A stretch of DNA of 64,000 nucleotides from an uncultured Nitrospiraceae bacterium (lineage in GTDB: Bacteria > Nitrospirota > Nitrospiria > Nitrospirales > Nitrospiraceae), in assembly GCA_963794505.1 (NCBI GenBank), contig CAWCEG010000046.1:34341-98340 (forward strand), in the 5' to 3' direction. The translations under genes and the position numbers were made by a program. The notes under the pieces are model-generated. The model ran no database searches, was not told the origin of the DNA, and saw nothing but the letters and a program-made list of their open reading frames with translations. Position 1 is the first letter of the stretch. Each line of letters opens with the position of its first letter. Positions 51,361-62,951 of this stretch are shown piece after piece.

Positions 51361-53226
51361 TTACTTGATGATATGGTGAGTGGCTTCGACAATGGATCGT
51401 GCTCCGATGCCATAGTGATCGATGAGCTCGTCCGGTTTGCCACTATGCGGTATAGCGCGCACGGCGAGTTTATGGACCCGGATGCCTTCGGATCCGACCG
51501 CGTCGAGCACGGCGTCGCCAATGCCGCCGTGGGCATAATGGTCCTCGACCGTGAGGAGACGGCCCTGGGTCGCCGAGGCGCTTTCCAATAAAGTCGTGCG
51601 GTCAATCGGCACGATGCTATAGAGGTCGATGACGCGCACCGAGACACCGGTCCCCTTCAGCTGGTCGTGGGCTTTGAGCGCTTCGATCAGCGTCACGCCT
51701 GCCGCGACGATGGTAAGGACGTCGTTCGCGCTTTGCCGTAAGATCTTGGATCCGCCGATGTGAAACCGCTCCTCCGGCCCGTAGAGCACCGGCGATTTGG
51801 GTCGTCCCGTGCGTAGATACACCATCCCTTTGTGGTTGGCGGCCAATTCCATCAAGCGATAGGTGGAAGTGCCGTCCGATGGATACAGCACGGTAATGCC
51901 GGGCTGGGCGCCCATCATAGCGATGTCTTCCAAACCCATTTGTGAGGGCCCGTCCTCACCGATGCTGACCCCGACGTGGGTTCCCACGAGCTTGATGTTG
52001 GATTGGCTGATCGCCGCCATACGGACGAAATCATAGGCGCGTGTGAAGAACGCGGCAAACGTCGATGCAAACGGGACCTTTCCGGTGGCAGCGAGTCCTC
52101 CTGCGGCGCCGAGCATGTTTTGCTCGGCGATAAAGTTCTCAAAAAACCGGTTCGAATACTTCTTGCCGAACTTTTCGGTATAGGTCGAATTTTTGACGTC
52201 CGCATCGAGCGCGACGACAAGTGGATTCACCGCGCCCAACGCTTCGAGCGCTGCTCCGAACGCTTCACGCGTGGCGACGGAGTCGCCCATCTTATACGGA
52301 GGGGGCGGCAGAGGACGAATAGTCGGCGGAGCAACAGGCTTTGCAGCAGGTCGCATAATGGTTGGTGCGGTGCCGTTCGGTTTCAATTGCTGCATCAATT
52401 CATCGATCGCTTTTTGCATCTCGGCACCTTGTGGAACCGGCTTCCCATGCCAATTTGGATGGTCCTGCATGAATGAGATGCCTTTGCCCTTGAAGGTCTT
52501 CGCGAGAAGCACCGTCGGCTTGTGCTTTGTGCGAGCGGCCTCTTCAAACGCGCCGAGGAGAGCGGGCAGACTGTGGCCATCGACGATCAAGGCATGCCAG
52601 CCAAAGGCCGCCCAGCGTGTGCGATATGCCTCCATGTCATGCTGCAACATCGTGGGATCGCTTTGACCGAGCCGGTTGACATCGACGATGGCACAAAGAT
52701 TATCCAATTGGTGGTGACGGGCCAGCTCCACGGATTCCCAGTTGGATCCTTCAACCGATTCTCCGTCACCCATCAGCACGTAGGTTCGATGGTCGAGCTG
52801 ATCCACATACTTGGCGTTCAGCGCAATGCCGACTCCGACGGGTAGTCCCTGGCCAAGCGAGCCGGTGGCCATGTCCACGAAGGGAAGGCGCGGTGTGGGA
52901 TGCCCTTCCAGGTCGGAGGCGAGCGTTCGCAGTTTCAACAATTCCTGCTTTGGAAACAGTCCTGCCTCTGCCCAAGCCGCGTAGAGCAAGGGAGCTGCAT
53001 GACCCTTGGAAAGGATGAATCGATCACTGTTGTGGGCCTTGGGATTCTTCGGATCATACCGCATGACCGAAAAAAAGAGGGCAGCCACGATGTCTGCAGC
53101 AGAGCAGCAGCTAGACGGATGTCCGCTGCCGGCGGCACTGGTCGACCGGACGCTTTCTATGCGCAGATGCGTGGCGGCGTTCTCCAGGGCGGCGAGTTGT
53201 TCATGGGATAACGTCGAGGAAGCCAT
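51361..53226 (-). CDS. tkt: Transketolase
   Basis: SGHPSS, LSKGHAAP, LEGHP, TGSLGQG, GDGE, WHGK, FIAEQNM, GEDGPSQ, VEDH. Confidence 0.93.
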   Translation of the reverse strand: MASSTLSHEQLAALENAATHLRIESVRSTSAAGSGHPSSCCSAADIVAALFFSVMRYDPKNPKAHNSDRFILSKGHAAPLLYAAWAEAGLFPKQELLKLRTLASDLEGHPTPRLPFVDMATGSLGQGLPVGVGIALNAKYVDQLDHRTYVLMGDGESVEGSNWESVELARHHQLDNLCAIVDVNRLGQSDPTMLQHDMEAYRTRWAAFGWHALIVDGHSLPALLGAFEEAARTKHKPTVLLAKTFKGKGISFMQDHPNWHGKPVPQGAEMQKAIDELMQQLKPNGTAPTIMRPAAKPVAPPTIRPLPPPPYKMGDSVATREAFGAALEALGAVNPLVVALDADVKNSTYTEKFGKKYSNRFFENFIAEQNMLGAAGGLAATGKVPFASTFAAFFTRAYDFVRMAAISQSNIKLVGTHVGVSIGEDGPSQMGLEDIAMMGAQPGITVLYPSDGTSTYRLMELAANHKGMVYLRTGRPKSPVLYGPEERFHIGGSKILRQSANDVLTIVAAGVTLIEALKAHDQLKGTGVSVRVIDLYSIVPIDRTTLLESASATQGRLLTVEDHYAHGGIGDAVLDAVGSEGIRVHKLAVRAIPHSGKPDELIDHYGIGARSIVEATHHIIK

Positions 53227-53452
53227 GCGCTCTCCTTAAATAGCGAGGAACCCGTTTTCTTCGGATGACGTTGCTTCAAGCGAGCGGATTCTGAAAGCTA
53301 ACAAACCCAGGGGGAAGGAGTCAACGAAGACGGACAGGACCTGGCGAGACTACTAGGCTCCGGTGAGGAAAGAGTGGGCGCTCTTCCACATCTTCAAGTC
53401 ATCTTCGAAACGACTGACAGAACAACAACGGCAATGTGTCGTTCATAACGGA

Positions 53453-53923
53453 TCATCCAATTACTACAGGGTCGAGTTCACCGCTGTCAGTCGCCGCTTC
53501 GCCTGAGCACTCACTTTCAAGACCGTTGAAGGAGCTCACGGCAAAGTAGTAGGTCGTGTTCGGAGTCAGCCCTGACACGGTGGCGGAAGGCGTCGATGTA
53601 AATACCTTGTTGGGATAGGAGCAGGATCCAGCGGAGCCTTGTGATTCCGTTCCATAATAGACATAGTATCCATGTTCCACCACATGTATTCCTGACTCTT
53701 CGAGAAGATCCAGGTGGACTTGTCCGCCATGCACACCGTCAACCGGATCCCATGCCAAGGAAGCAGAGGCTGAGGGCCCCCCTTCGTCTCCCGATCCGCA
53801 GCCGGTCATTATCGAACCTGTCGCAAGCAGAAGGCCAAGGACGACCATCCTCAGTAGCGAGAACGGACGTGTGTGCGCAGGGTCAGTTTGCAGAACTCGC
53901 AAAGATAGCGCGGTCAATGCCAT
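53453..53923 (-). CDS. Fibronectin type III domain lipoprotein
   Basis: Lipobox-like MTGC, LAWDPV, GYYVYYG, GLTPNTTYYFAVSSFN.LES. Confidence 0.8.
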   Translation of the reverse strand: MALTALSLRVLQTDPAHTRPFSLLRMVVLGLLLATGSIMTGCGSGDEGGPSASASLAWDPVDGVHGGQVHLDLLEESGIHVVEHGYYVYYGTESQGSAGSCSYPNKVFTSTPSATVSGLTPNTTYYFAVSSFNGLESECSGEAATDSGELDPVVIG

Positions 53924-54023
53924 ATTGTGCGAACCCTTTGTGAACATTTCGGGTTGATAAAAATTCGGTCTCGACTGGACGTTGATCAAGAACCAGCAGG
54001 CCGAAACTCTGGTCGGCTCCAAA

Positions 54024-54129
54024 GCAATTGACGTGCCGGATGCTAAGTATGTTGGGACTGCTTAAAATCAACTACTTAGGATTATATTTCCCCGATCTGT
54101 GTGGACGCCCTTCAGAAAATGATGAAGGG
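54024..54129 (-). promoter_or_regulatory. sigma54 promoter + IHF site + candidate activator site upstream of the FN3 lipoprotein
   Basis: Minus CGGCACGTCAATTGC (54024-54038); AATCAACTACTTA (54066-54078) matches the IHF consensus; inverted repeat CCCTTCA-N8-TGAAGGG (54108-54129). Confidence 0.68.
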
Positions 54130-54512
54130 ACAAACCTGCGAACGATGCGGAAACGTACGCTGGGCGGGTTTTCCGGCTGACGCGCGCACGTAAAAACCAT
54201 GGCTAGAACATGTAAATATCAGGCGCAGACCTTGGGTGAGAAACAGAAAGATAGGCCTGCCGAACGGGTGTCAAACCAATCCACGCCGGTCCTTAAAAAT
54301 GGATACAGCTGGTAGGCTTATAGAAATAGCAGGATCGAAGCCGTGAGTCGTGGCGGTCGAGGTAAATTCACCCACCAAGTTCGCGCGAGATCCACGATCC
54401 GAACGCCAGAGCGTCTAAGCATGCGCATGCGCCAGAGTGTTTCGGATTCCGGGTAAGCACGTACGAATGGAATTCCATCAATACGGATTGCCGCCCAGTA
54501 CTGTTCTGATGT

Positions 54513-54947
54513 CTACAGCGGACGGGATCCGGCCGCGAAATCTGCAAGGGTGTAGTGATCCAGGATGCCGGCTATCGCATCCCTGACAGCCCCCATGACG
54601 TGCTGGACGGGACAGCGCGGGTTGTCGGTATAGGGACAGTCACGGCATTTTTGATAGGCGGTCTTGCTGACGCACCCGATCGGTGCGAGCGGTCCATCGA
54701 GCACACGAATGACCTGGCCGAGCGTGATTTCTTCCGGGGATTTAAGCAATCCGTACCCGCCTCTCATCCCCCGTCGGCTTGAAAGGAGGCCGGCACGCTT
54801 TAAGGCGAGGAGAATTTGCTCGAGAAATTCCACGGGAATGTGTTGCCGCGCCGCAATCTCGTGACGCTGTAACGTCGCCTTTCCATGGACCAGCGTGAGC
54901 TCGAGGAGGGCCCGAAGGGCGTACTCACTTTTTTTTGACAATTTCAC
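54513..54947 (-). CDS. Rrf2-family transcriptional regulator
   Basis: KLSKKSEYALRAL, FLEQIL..LK..G, RGMRGGY.L, four C-terminal Cys. Confidence 0.92.
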   Translation of the reverse strand: MKLSKKSEYALRALLELTLVHGKATLQRHEIAARQHIPVEFLEQILLALKRAGLLSSRRGMRGGYGLLKSPEEITLGQVIRVLDGPLAPIGCVSKTAYQKCRDCPYTDNPRCPVQHVMGAVRDAIAGILDHYTLADFAAGSRPL

Positions 54948-55083
54948 TGGCAAAAACCCAAGTAAATCAATCAACAATTCAAACAATAGAGGACGGTTCC
55001 CTTATGCGTCAAGGTTGCCAGGTCAGAACGGCCGAACTTTCTTGCTGGCGCTTCGCCGCAACTCCTTGATCTGTAGACGTTTG

Positions 55084-55113
55084 TTGACAGTATCCACTGG
55101 TTCCTGCTAGCTT
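55084..55113 (+). promoter_or_regulatory. Probable sigma70 promoter of glyQS
   Basis: TTGACA-N18-TAGCTT with an extended TG. Confidence 0.45.
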
Positions 55114-55167
55114 CGAACTCCATTTTCTGCACTCCTAGACGCCTCGGAATGACGGTTGGACTGTTTC

Positions 55168-56107
55168 GTGACCTTCCAGGAACTCATCCTCACGCTAAAC
55201 AGGTTTTGGGCCGACTACGGGTGCATAATCCATCAGCCGTATGACGTGGAAATGGGGGCCGGAACTTTTCATCCGGCCACATTTTTGCGGTCGCTCGGGC
55301 CAGAGCCTTGGCGTGCGGCCTATCCGCAGCCTTGTCGTCGACCTACAGATGGCCGCTACGGCGAAAATCCGAACCGCATGCAGCATTACTATCAATATCA
55401 GGTCGTGCTCAAGCCCGCTCCGGACAACATTCAAGAGTTGTATCTCCAAAGCCTTGCCCGCCTAGGCATTGATCCCAGAAAGCACGACATTCGATTCATC
55501 CAGGACGACTGGGAGTCGCCCACGCTCGGGGCTTGGGGATTGGGATGGGAAGTTCGCTTGGATGGAATGGAAATCACTCAATTCACGTATTTCCAGGAGA
55601 TTGGCGGAATCGAGCTGAGTCCGATTACCGGAGAAATCACCTACGGCACAGAGCGCATAGCTATGTATCTCCAGCAGGTCAACAATGTGTTCGATCTTGC
55701 TTGGGCGGACGGCATCAGCTACGGCGACATTCACCACGAGACCGAAGTGCAGTTCTCGCGCTATAACTTTGAGCATGGCGATGTCGCCATGTTGATGAAT
55801 GCCTTCCAATCTTACGAAGCCGAATGTAAACGGTTACTCGCTCACACGGATCAGCGGTTGACACTTCCGGCTTACGACTACTGCATCAAGTCCTCCCATG
55901 CCTTCAATCTGCTTGGATGCGCGGGGAGCGATCAGTGTTGCCGAGCGCACCGGCTATATTGCCCGCGTGCGGGCGCTGGCCCGGCAATGTGCCGAGCGGT
56001 ATGTCGAAGAGCGGGCTTCAATGGGCCATCCGCTCATCAAAACCAGCAGTCCGGCTCATGCGCGGACGCGGCCGACGGCCGAGGTGGGCCGGAGCATCCG
56101 TCGATGA
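55168..56107 (+). CDS. glyQ: Glycine--tRNA ligase alpha subunit (frameshift near 55915)
   Basis: [63 protein letters not shown]. Confidence 0.96.
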
Positions 56108-58291
56108 AGCGCGGGAAAGCGCAAACGGGTCGGTCGAAGGTTCGCTCCGCAACCGGCGCCGAGCTCTTGTTCGAAATCGGCGTGGAGGAACTTCCGTACC
56201 AATTTATTGCTCCCGCGTTGTCATCGCTGAAAGAGACCGCCGTGCCGTCTTCTCGAGGAATCCAGGCTGACAGTCGGAGTCGGTCAATGTGTACGGGACG
56301 CCCCGGAGATTGACGCTCGTCATCGACGGGCTTGCGCTTCGTCAGGCTCCTGCCAAGAAAGAAGTGATGGGTCCTTCCAAAGCGGTGGGGTTCGATTCGC
56401 AAGGACAACCCACGAAAGCCGCAATCGGATTCGCCGCCGGGCAAGGCCTGTCCGTTGAGCGCCTCGAAGTACGACAAACCGCTAAAGGCGACTATCTGTT
56501 TGCCGTGAAGGAGGACGCAGGACAGACCGGCACAAGCCGTGCTGCTGGAACTGCTGCCGCAACTGGTCGGGCAAGCTCTCGTTTCCCAAAGCCATGAAAT
56601 GGAATGAGACCGGTACGAGGTTTGCGCAGGCCGGTGCGCTGGCTCATGGCTCGGTTCGATGGCGCCGTCCTGCCGATTGAAGCGGCAGGGCATACGGGCG
56701 GGTGACCGGACCTATGGGCACCGGGTCATGGGGACTGCGCAAGCCGCTTGTCGTGCGGGACTACGCGTCCTATCGCAGCAGCTCTGGAACGGGCCGGAGT
56801 GCTGGTTGATCCGGCGCGCCGGCGGCAGGTTATTCAGGAGCAGCTTCAACAGCTCTGTGCCAAGAGCGCGGGTCGAGCTGAACGCCGACGAATCGCTGCT
56901 CGATCAGGCCGTCTTTACGACCGAATGGCCGTGCGCCGTGCTTGGCAGTTTTAAACCGGAATACCTCACGCGTGCCGGCGGAAATTTTGATGACGTCAAT
57001 GAAAGAGCATCAGGGATTCTTCTCCGTGCGGGACAGAACACCGGCGAAGCTCGCGCCGCATTTCATCGCCGTGGCGAACAATCAGCCCAAAGATATGTCG
57101 TTGATTCAAGCAGGAAACGAGCGTGTGCTCGCTGCCCGGTTGGCCGATGCCAAGTTTTTCTTCGATGAGGATCGGAAAACACGGTTGGAAGAGCAGGGTC
57201 AAAAAGCTGAGCGGTGTCACCTTCCATCAAAAGCTGGGCACGATGGGACAGAAAGAGGAACGCCTGGTCAAACTGGTGTCCCTGATAGCCTCAGGTCTCC
57301 ATCCTGGCTCAGAGCAACCTGACTTTGATCAATGAATGCCGGAGAGCTGCGCATCTTAGTAAGGCGGATCTTCTCACAGGCATAGTCGGCGAATTCCCTG
57401 AACTGCAGGGGATCATGGGCGGCGAGTATGCAAAGCATGATGGAGAGCCGGAGGCCGTGAGCCAGGCTATTCGCGAACAGTACCTGCCGAAGGCGCTGGA
57501 AGGGGAATTGCCGCGATCTCCTGCCGGACCTGGTCTTGTCTCTGGCCGACCGGTTGGATACCATCGCCGCGTTTTTTCATGTCGGGATGATTCCCACCGG
57601 ATCCGAAGATCCTTTTGCCCTCCGCCGTCATGCAACCGCGATTGTGCGCATCATCTTGGAAAAAGAGCTGCGCCTGGATCTCGGGAAATACATCGATCAC
57701 GCACGGACACTCATTGTCGACAGTGGCATCAAGGGAACGCCTGATTCCGAGCAGCAGGGACGTCGGCGAATAGTCGATTTTTTATTTGAGCGCGTGCGAC
57801 ATTACGGCCGGACAGTTCACGCGTTCCGCGACGACGTCATGGATGCCGTGTTGCGAGCCGCTTCGACAGGGCCGATCGATCTGGTCGATCTCCTGTTAAA
57901 GATGAAAGCGATGCAGGGGGTGACGACCAAGCCCGATTTCGATCCGCTCATCGTCGGCTTCAAGCGCGCCTCTCGGATCATCGAGAAAGAACAGTGGGAT
58001 CGTACGCCGGTCGATCCCGGACTGTTCCAGGAAGCGGCTGAGCATGAATTGCATCGGCAAATCGGTGCCTGTCAGCAGGATTTCCAAGCGCAAATGGCGG
58101 AAGGCCGCTACGACAAGGCGTTGGACGCCCTGGTTCGGCTCAAGCCGGCGATCGACGCTTTCTTCGACGGCGTCATGGTGAATGTGGAACATGCGGCGCT
58201 CAGAAGCAACCGGTTGTCCCTGTTGAAAGACGTCAACGACTGTTTCACGTCGTTCGCGGACTTTTCGCGGATTGTGGTACAAGGAGGATAG
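56104..58291 (+). CDS. glyS: Glycine--tRNA ligase beta subunit (many frameshifts)
   Basis: [65 protein letters not shown]. Confidence 0.94.
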
Positions 58292-58434
58292 AAGGAAGGG
58301 CCCGGTGGCCTGCTTTGCTCGCCGGAACCCCCACGTGAAGTTGCGGTCGTTCACGGGTGCAGGTGGAGACCAGCCGGCCCGCTTCCCGCCGGAAGGTGAA
58401 GATAAAAGGATGATCGCTTCATCTGAGCACGACC

Positions 58435-58909
58435 GTGAAGAGAAGCGTGCGGCGAAAATCCGGCGGTTTGCCAGCGTCGTCACGGTCGGCGCTGATCGTC
58501 TTCTGCAATGTACTGCTGTTGTTCGGCAGTCTGGGTGAGCGGCGTCAACCTCGACGAACTGGTCAAGACGCCGGATCTGTTCAATGCGAAAGAGGATGTG
58601 TGCCTCCGGTTGAGTTGGGAGCGTGTCTCCGGCGCGGCTGATCCGGTGCGGCTGTGTTCCGAATGGATCAAACTGGCTGATCCATCGGGGAAGCCGCATC
58701 AGCTGGCCAAGGATATCGCCGTCCGTCGCGGGGCTGACGGCCAATATTACCTGGATCGAGGCGTCCGGCCGGACTTCCGTTTGCTGGGATTGGCCCTGTT
58801 CGTCGGTGTGGTGTTGCTGTTCGGCATGTGGGCGAGACGATATCTCGTGAGCCGCTATCGGCTTCAGGTTGAGCCGGCGGCCTCTCGGAATTCGTCGGGC
58901 CTTCACTGA
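58435..58909 (+). CDS. Hypothetical membrane protein (N-terminal frameshifts)
   Basis: Two hydrophobic helices flanking a Cys-containing loop; between glyS and ppdK. Confidence 0.6.
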
Positions 58910-58932
58910 CAGGTGAAGGAAGGAGAGGGATC

Positions 58933-61712
58933 GTGGCTAAGAAATACGTGTACTACTTCGGGGACGGAAAAGCCGAAGGCACCTCCAATATGAAGGAGCT
59001 GCTGGGCGGCAAAGGCGCGGGACTGGCCGAGATGACCAACCTGGGGATCTCCGTTCCTCCCGGGCTTCACTATTTCAACGGAAGCCTGCGTCGAGTACTA
59101 CAAGCTCGGCAAGAAGTATCCGCCCGGCATGTGGGAAGCGTCCCTGCAAGCGCTCAAGCGCGTGGAACGGTCGATGGGCATGGGCTTCGGCGATCCCGAG
59201 CGGCCGCTGCTGGTCTCCGTGCGGTCCGGAGCCCGTGCGTCGATGCCGGGCATGATGGATACGGTGTTGAACGTCGGATTGACGACGAAGACGGTCGAAG
59301 GCTTGGCCGCCAAAACACGGAACGATCGGTTCGCGCAGGACAGCTACCGCCGGTTTGTCTCGATGTTCGGCAGCATCGTCATGGGTGTGCCCGCGTGAAC
59401 ACTTTGAGGCCATTCTCAAACACAAGAAAGCCGAAGTTGGAGTGACGCATGAGACCCATCTCGACGCCCGCCATCTGCGCGAGTTGGTCGCCAGCTTCAA
59501 GGCGCTGGTCAAGGAAGAGACGAAGAAGGATTTCCCCGACGAGCCGCTCGAGCAGCTGCGCATGGCCATTAGTGCCGTGTTCTCCTCCTGGTTCGGCGCC
59601 CGTGCGATCACCTATCGACGGCTCTACGGTATTCCGGATTCCTGGGGGACGGCGGTCAATGTCGTCGCGATGGTCTTCGGCAACATGGGAGACACCAGTG
59701 GCACCGGCGTGGCGTTTACGCGCAGCCCAAGCTCGGGGGACAAAGCTTTCTTCGGCGAATGTCTCATGAACGCGCAAGGTGAAGACGTCGTGGCGGGAAT
59801 CAGAACGCCGCTGCCCGTCAACGCATTGGCCAAGAATGTGCCGGAGGCCTATCGGGAACTCGAGCAAACATACAAGAAGCTCGAGAAGCACTATCGCGAC
59901 ATGCTCGACCTGGAGTTCACGATCCAGGAAGGCAAGCTCTACATGCTGCAGACCCGCGTCGGAAAGCGCACCGGGATCGCGGCCGTCAAGATTGCGGTCG
60001 ACATGGTCAAGGAAGGCGCCATTTCCAAGGAAGAAGCAGTTCTGCGCGTGGGGCCGGATCAGCTGGCGCAGTATCTGTATCCCATTTTCGATATGAAGGA
60101 AGAGTCGAAAGTGAATCCGCTTGGCAAGGGTCTGCCGGCAGGCCCGGGCGCGGCGGCAGGGAAAATCGCCCTGACGCCCGATCGCGCCGTTGATATGAAG
60201 GCCGCCGGCAGCCGGGTCGTGTTGGTCCGCCAGGAAACGAGCCCGGACGATATTCACGGCATGAATGCGGCCGGCGGCTTCTTGACCGCCCGTGGCGGTA
60301 TGACGTCCCATGCCGCGGTCGTGGCGCGCCAGATGGGCAAGGTCTGCGTGGCCGGGTGTGAGTCGGTGGAAGTGCTCGATGGTCAGACCGTGAAGATCGG
60401 CGCGAAAACTTTCCGCGAAGGCGATTATCTTTCCATCAACGGCTCCACCGGTAACGTGTACGACGGCGATATCCCCGTGGTCGAATCGGAAATCATTCAA
60501 GTAATTCAAGGTAAGCTGGACTCCAAAAAATCAGATAAGTATCAGCGCTTCGTCACCATGCTCTCCTGGGCCGACAACGTGCGCAAGCTGCGGGTGAGGG
60601 CCAATGCGGATGTGCCGGAGCAGGCAAAGATTGCCCGGGGCTTCGGAGCGGAAGGAATCGGACTCTGTCGCACGGAACACATGTTCTTTGCTGAAGACCG
60701 GATTCCGCTCATGCAGAAGATGATCCTTGCCCGTACGAAAGAGGAGCGGGAAAAGTTCCTGGATCAATTGCTGCCGCTTCAAAAGCAGGATTTCATCGGA
60801 CTCTATCGGGAGATGGAAGGTTTTCCGGTCACGATCCGGCTGCTCGATCCGCCGCTCCATGAATTTCTTCCGAAGCGCGAAGAGCTGATGGTGGAAATCG
60901 CCCGATTGGAGTTGACGGGGAGCGATGCGGCGATGTTGGAGGAGAAACGCCGGCTGCTGGCGCGCGTAGAAGAGTTGCATGAATTCAATCCGATGTTGGG
61001 TCTGCGGGGCTGCCGGCTGGGAATCACCATGCCAGAGATTACGCGCATGCAGGCGCGGGCCGTCATGGAAGCCGCCTGCGAACTCGCCAAGGAAGGGAAA
61101 AAAATCGTACCGGAGATCATGATCCCGTTGGTCGGAATGGTCTCCGAAATGAAGTCGCAGAAGGATCTCATACGCGAAGTCGCCCAGGAGACGATGAAGC
61201 GGTACAACGTCAAACTGTCTTACCTGATCGGGACCATGATCGAGCTGCCGCGAGCCGCCGTGACGGCGGACCGGATCGCGGAAGAGGCTGAGTTTTTTTC
61301 GTTCGGTACGAACGATCTGACCCAAACGACATTCGGATTCTCGCGTGACGACGCCGCCAAGTTTATCGATCACTATAAGACGGCCAATCTGATGGAATCA
61401 GATCCGTTTGCCGTGTTGGACCGAGAGGGAGTCGGCGCTCTCATGAAACAGGCGATTGCAGGGGGCCGGAAAACCCGGCCTGGCATCAAGCTTGGGATCT
61501 GCGGCGAACATGGCGGGGACCCCAGTTCCGTCGAATTTTGTCACCAGCTGGGGCTGGATTATGTCAGCTGCTCGCCATACCGCGTCGCCATTGCGCGATT
61601 GGCTGCCGCGCATGCCGCATTGGCCGAGGGGGATGCCCGCAAAGCCGCGAAGGCGACGCCTCGGAAGGCGACCGGCCGAAGGCAGTCCACCGCCAAGGGC
61701 AAAAAACGGTAG
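58933..61712 (+). CDS. ppdK: Pyruvate, phosphate dikinase (frameshifts near 59065 and 59392)
   Basis: [81 protein letters not shown]. Confidence 0.97.
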
Positions 61713-61829
61713 CATCAACATGGTTCTGAAGGCTTCTCCGACCACCGCTCCTGGGCTCGTCAACGATCGGCTTGATGTCTGGGCTTTCATTCTCCTGATC
61801 TCGAGTACCGTGACGATGCCTCGTGGATA

Positions 61830-62951
61830 ATGCGGGCTAGCCACGCACAGGATCTTCATTACATGAAATTCGCGCTCGCCCTGGCGGCCAACGGCCGAGG
61901 TACGGCGAGCCCCAATCCGATGGTCGGAGCCGTCATCGTGAACCATGGACGGATGGTCGGCAAGGGCTATCATCTCCGACCCGGTCTTCCCCATGCAGAA
62001 ATTCTGGCGCTGAAAGCGGCGGGGCCTCAAGCCCGTGGCGGCACCCTGTTCGTGACGCTGGAACCCTGTTGTCATCTCGATAAACGGACGCCTCCCTGTG
62101 TGCCGGCCGTCATGTGGGCGGGGGTGACACGCGTGGTGATTGCTCAGTGCGATCCGAACCCTCTGGTCAACGGCAAAGGCGTGCGGGCGCTTCGGCGCGC
62201 CGGATTATCCGTCACGGTCGGCGTGGGGAAGTCGGAGGCGATTGAGTTGAATCGTGCGTATAATCATTACATGCGCACGAAGCGTCCCTATGTGCTCTTG
62301 AAGGCGGGAATGACGCTTGACGGACAGATTGCAACAGCTTCCGGCGAGGCGAAGTGGATTACGAGCGCGCCGTCGCGCGGGGACGTCCACCGACTTCGCT
62401 CGGAAGTCGATGCGGTGTTGGTCGGAATCGGAACTGTTGTGATCGACGACCCGTCGCTGACCGCGCGTGTCGGCCCCCGGTTGAAGAAATTGGCGGCGGA
62501 GCAACCGCTGCGCGTCGTCGTGGACAGTCGGCTCCGGATTCCCTTGAATGCCCAGATTCTCAAGCGGCAACATGCCGCCAAGACACTCATTGCCACCACT
62601 CGCAGCGCTCCTGCGGCAACCAGGCGCGCCCTCGCCAAGCTCGGTGTGGAGGTCGTCGTCCTGCCGAGCCTTCGAGGACGCGTCTCCCTGCCCGCCTTGA
62701 TGCGGGAACTTGGAAGGCGGGGAGTGACGTCGCTGCTCGTGGAGGGCGGTGGTGAAATCAATGCGGCCATGTTACAGGCCAAGCTGGTGCAGCACCTGCG
62801 CCTGTACATGGCGCCTGCACTGCTCGGCGGCAGCAACGCAAAGGGGATGATCGGCGGGAAAAGTCCAGCCCGTCTCGCTGAGACTTTGAAGTTAAAGCAC
62901 GTGCGTACCAGATTGCTCGGAGGCGACATTGTGGTCGAAGGTGACCTATGA
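61830..62951 (+). CDS. ribD: Riboflavin biosynthesis deaminase/reductase
   Basis: PNPMVG, HAE, TLEPCCH..TPPC, LDGQIA, DDPSLTAR, VEGGG. Confidence 0.95.
   Translation: MRASHAQDLHYMKFALALAANGRGTASPNPMVGAVIVNHGRMVGKGYHLRPGLPHAEILALKAAGPQARGGTLFVTLEPCCHLDKRTPPCVPAVMWAGVTRVVIAQCDPNPLVNGKGVRALRRAGLSVTVGVGKSEAIELNRAYNHYMRTKRPYVLLKAGMTLDGQIATASGEAKWITSAPSRGDVHRLRSEVDAVLVGIGTVVIDDPSLTARVGPRLKKLAAEQPLRVVVDSRLRIPLNAQILKRQHAAKTLIATTRSAPAATRRALAKLGVEVVVLPSLRGRVSLPALMRELGRRGVTSLLVEGGGEINAAMLQAKLVQHLRLYMAPALLGGSNAKGMIGGKSPARLAETLKLKHVRTRLLGGDIVVEGDL

Noticed and set aside
50664-51647. 327-aa long form of the Crp/Fnr regulator
   Set aside because: The extra N-terminus overlaps the tkt coding region; homology starts near 51350
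61713-61829. FMN riboswitch or leader peptide before ribD
   Set aside because: No RFN consensus elements seen; the short ORF has no supporting features
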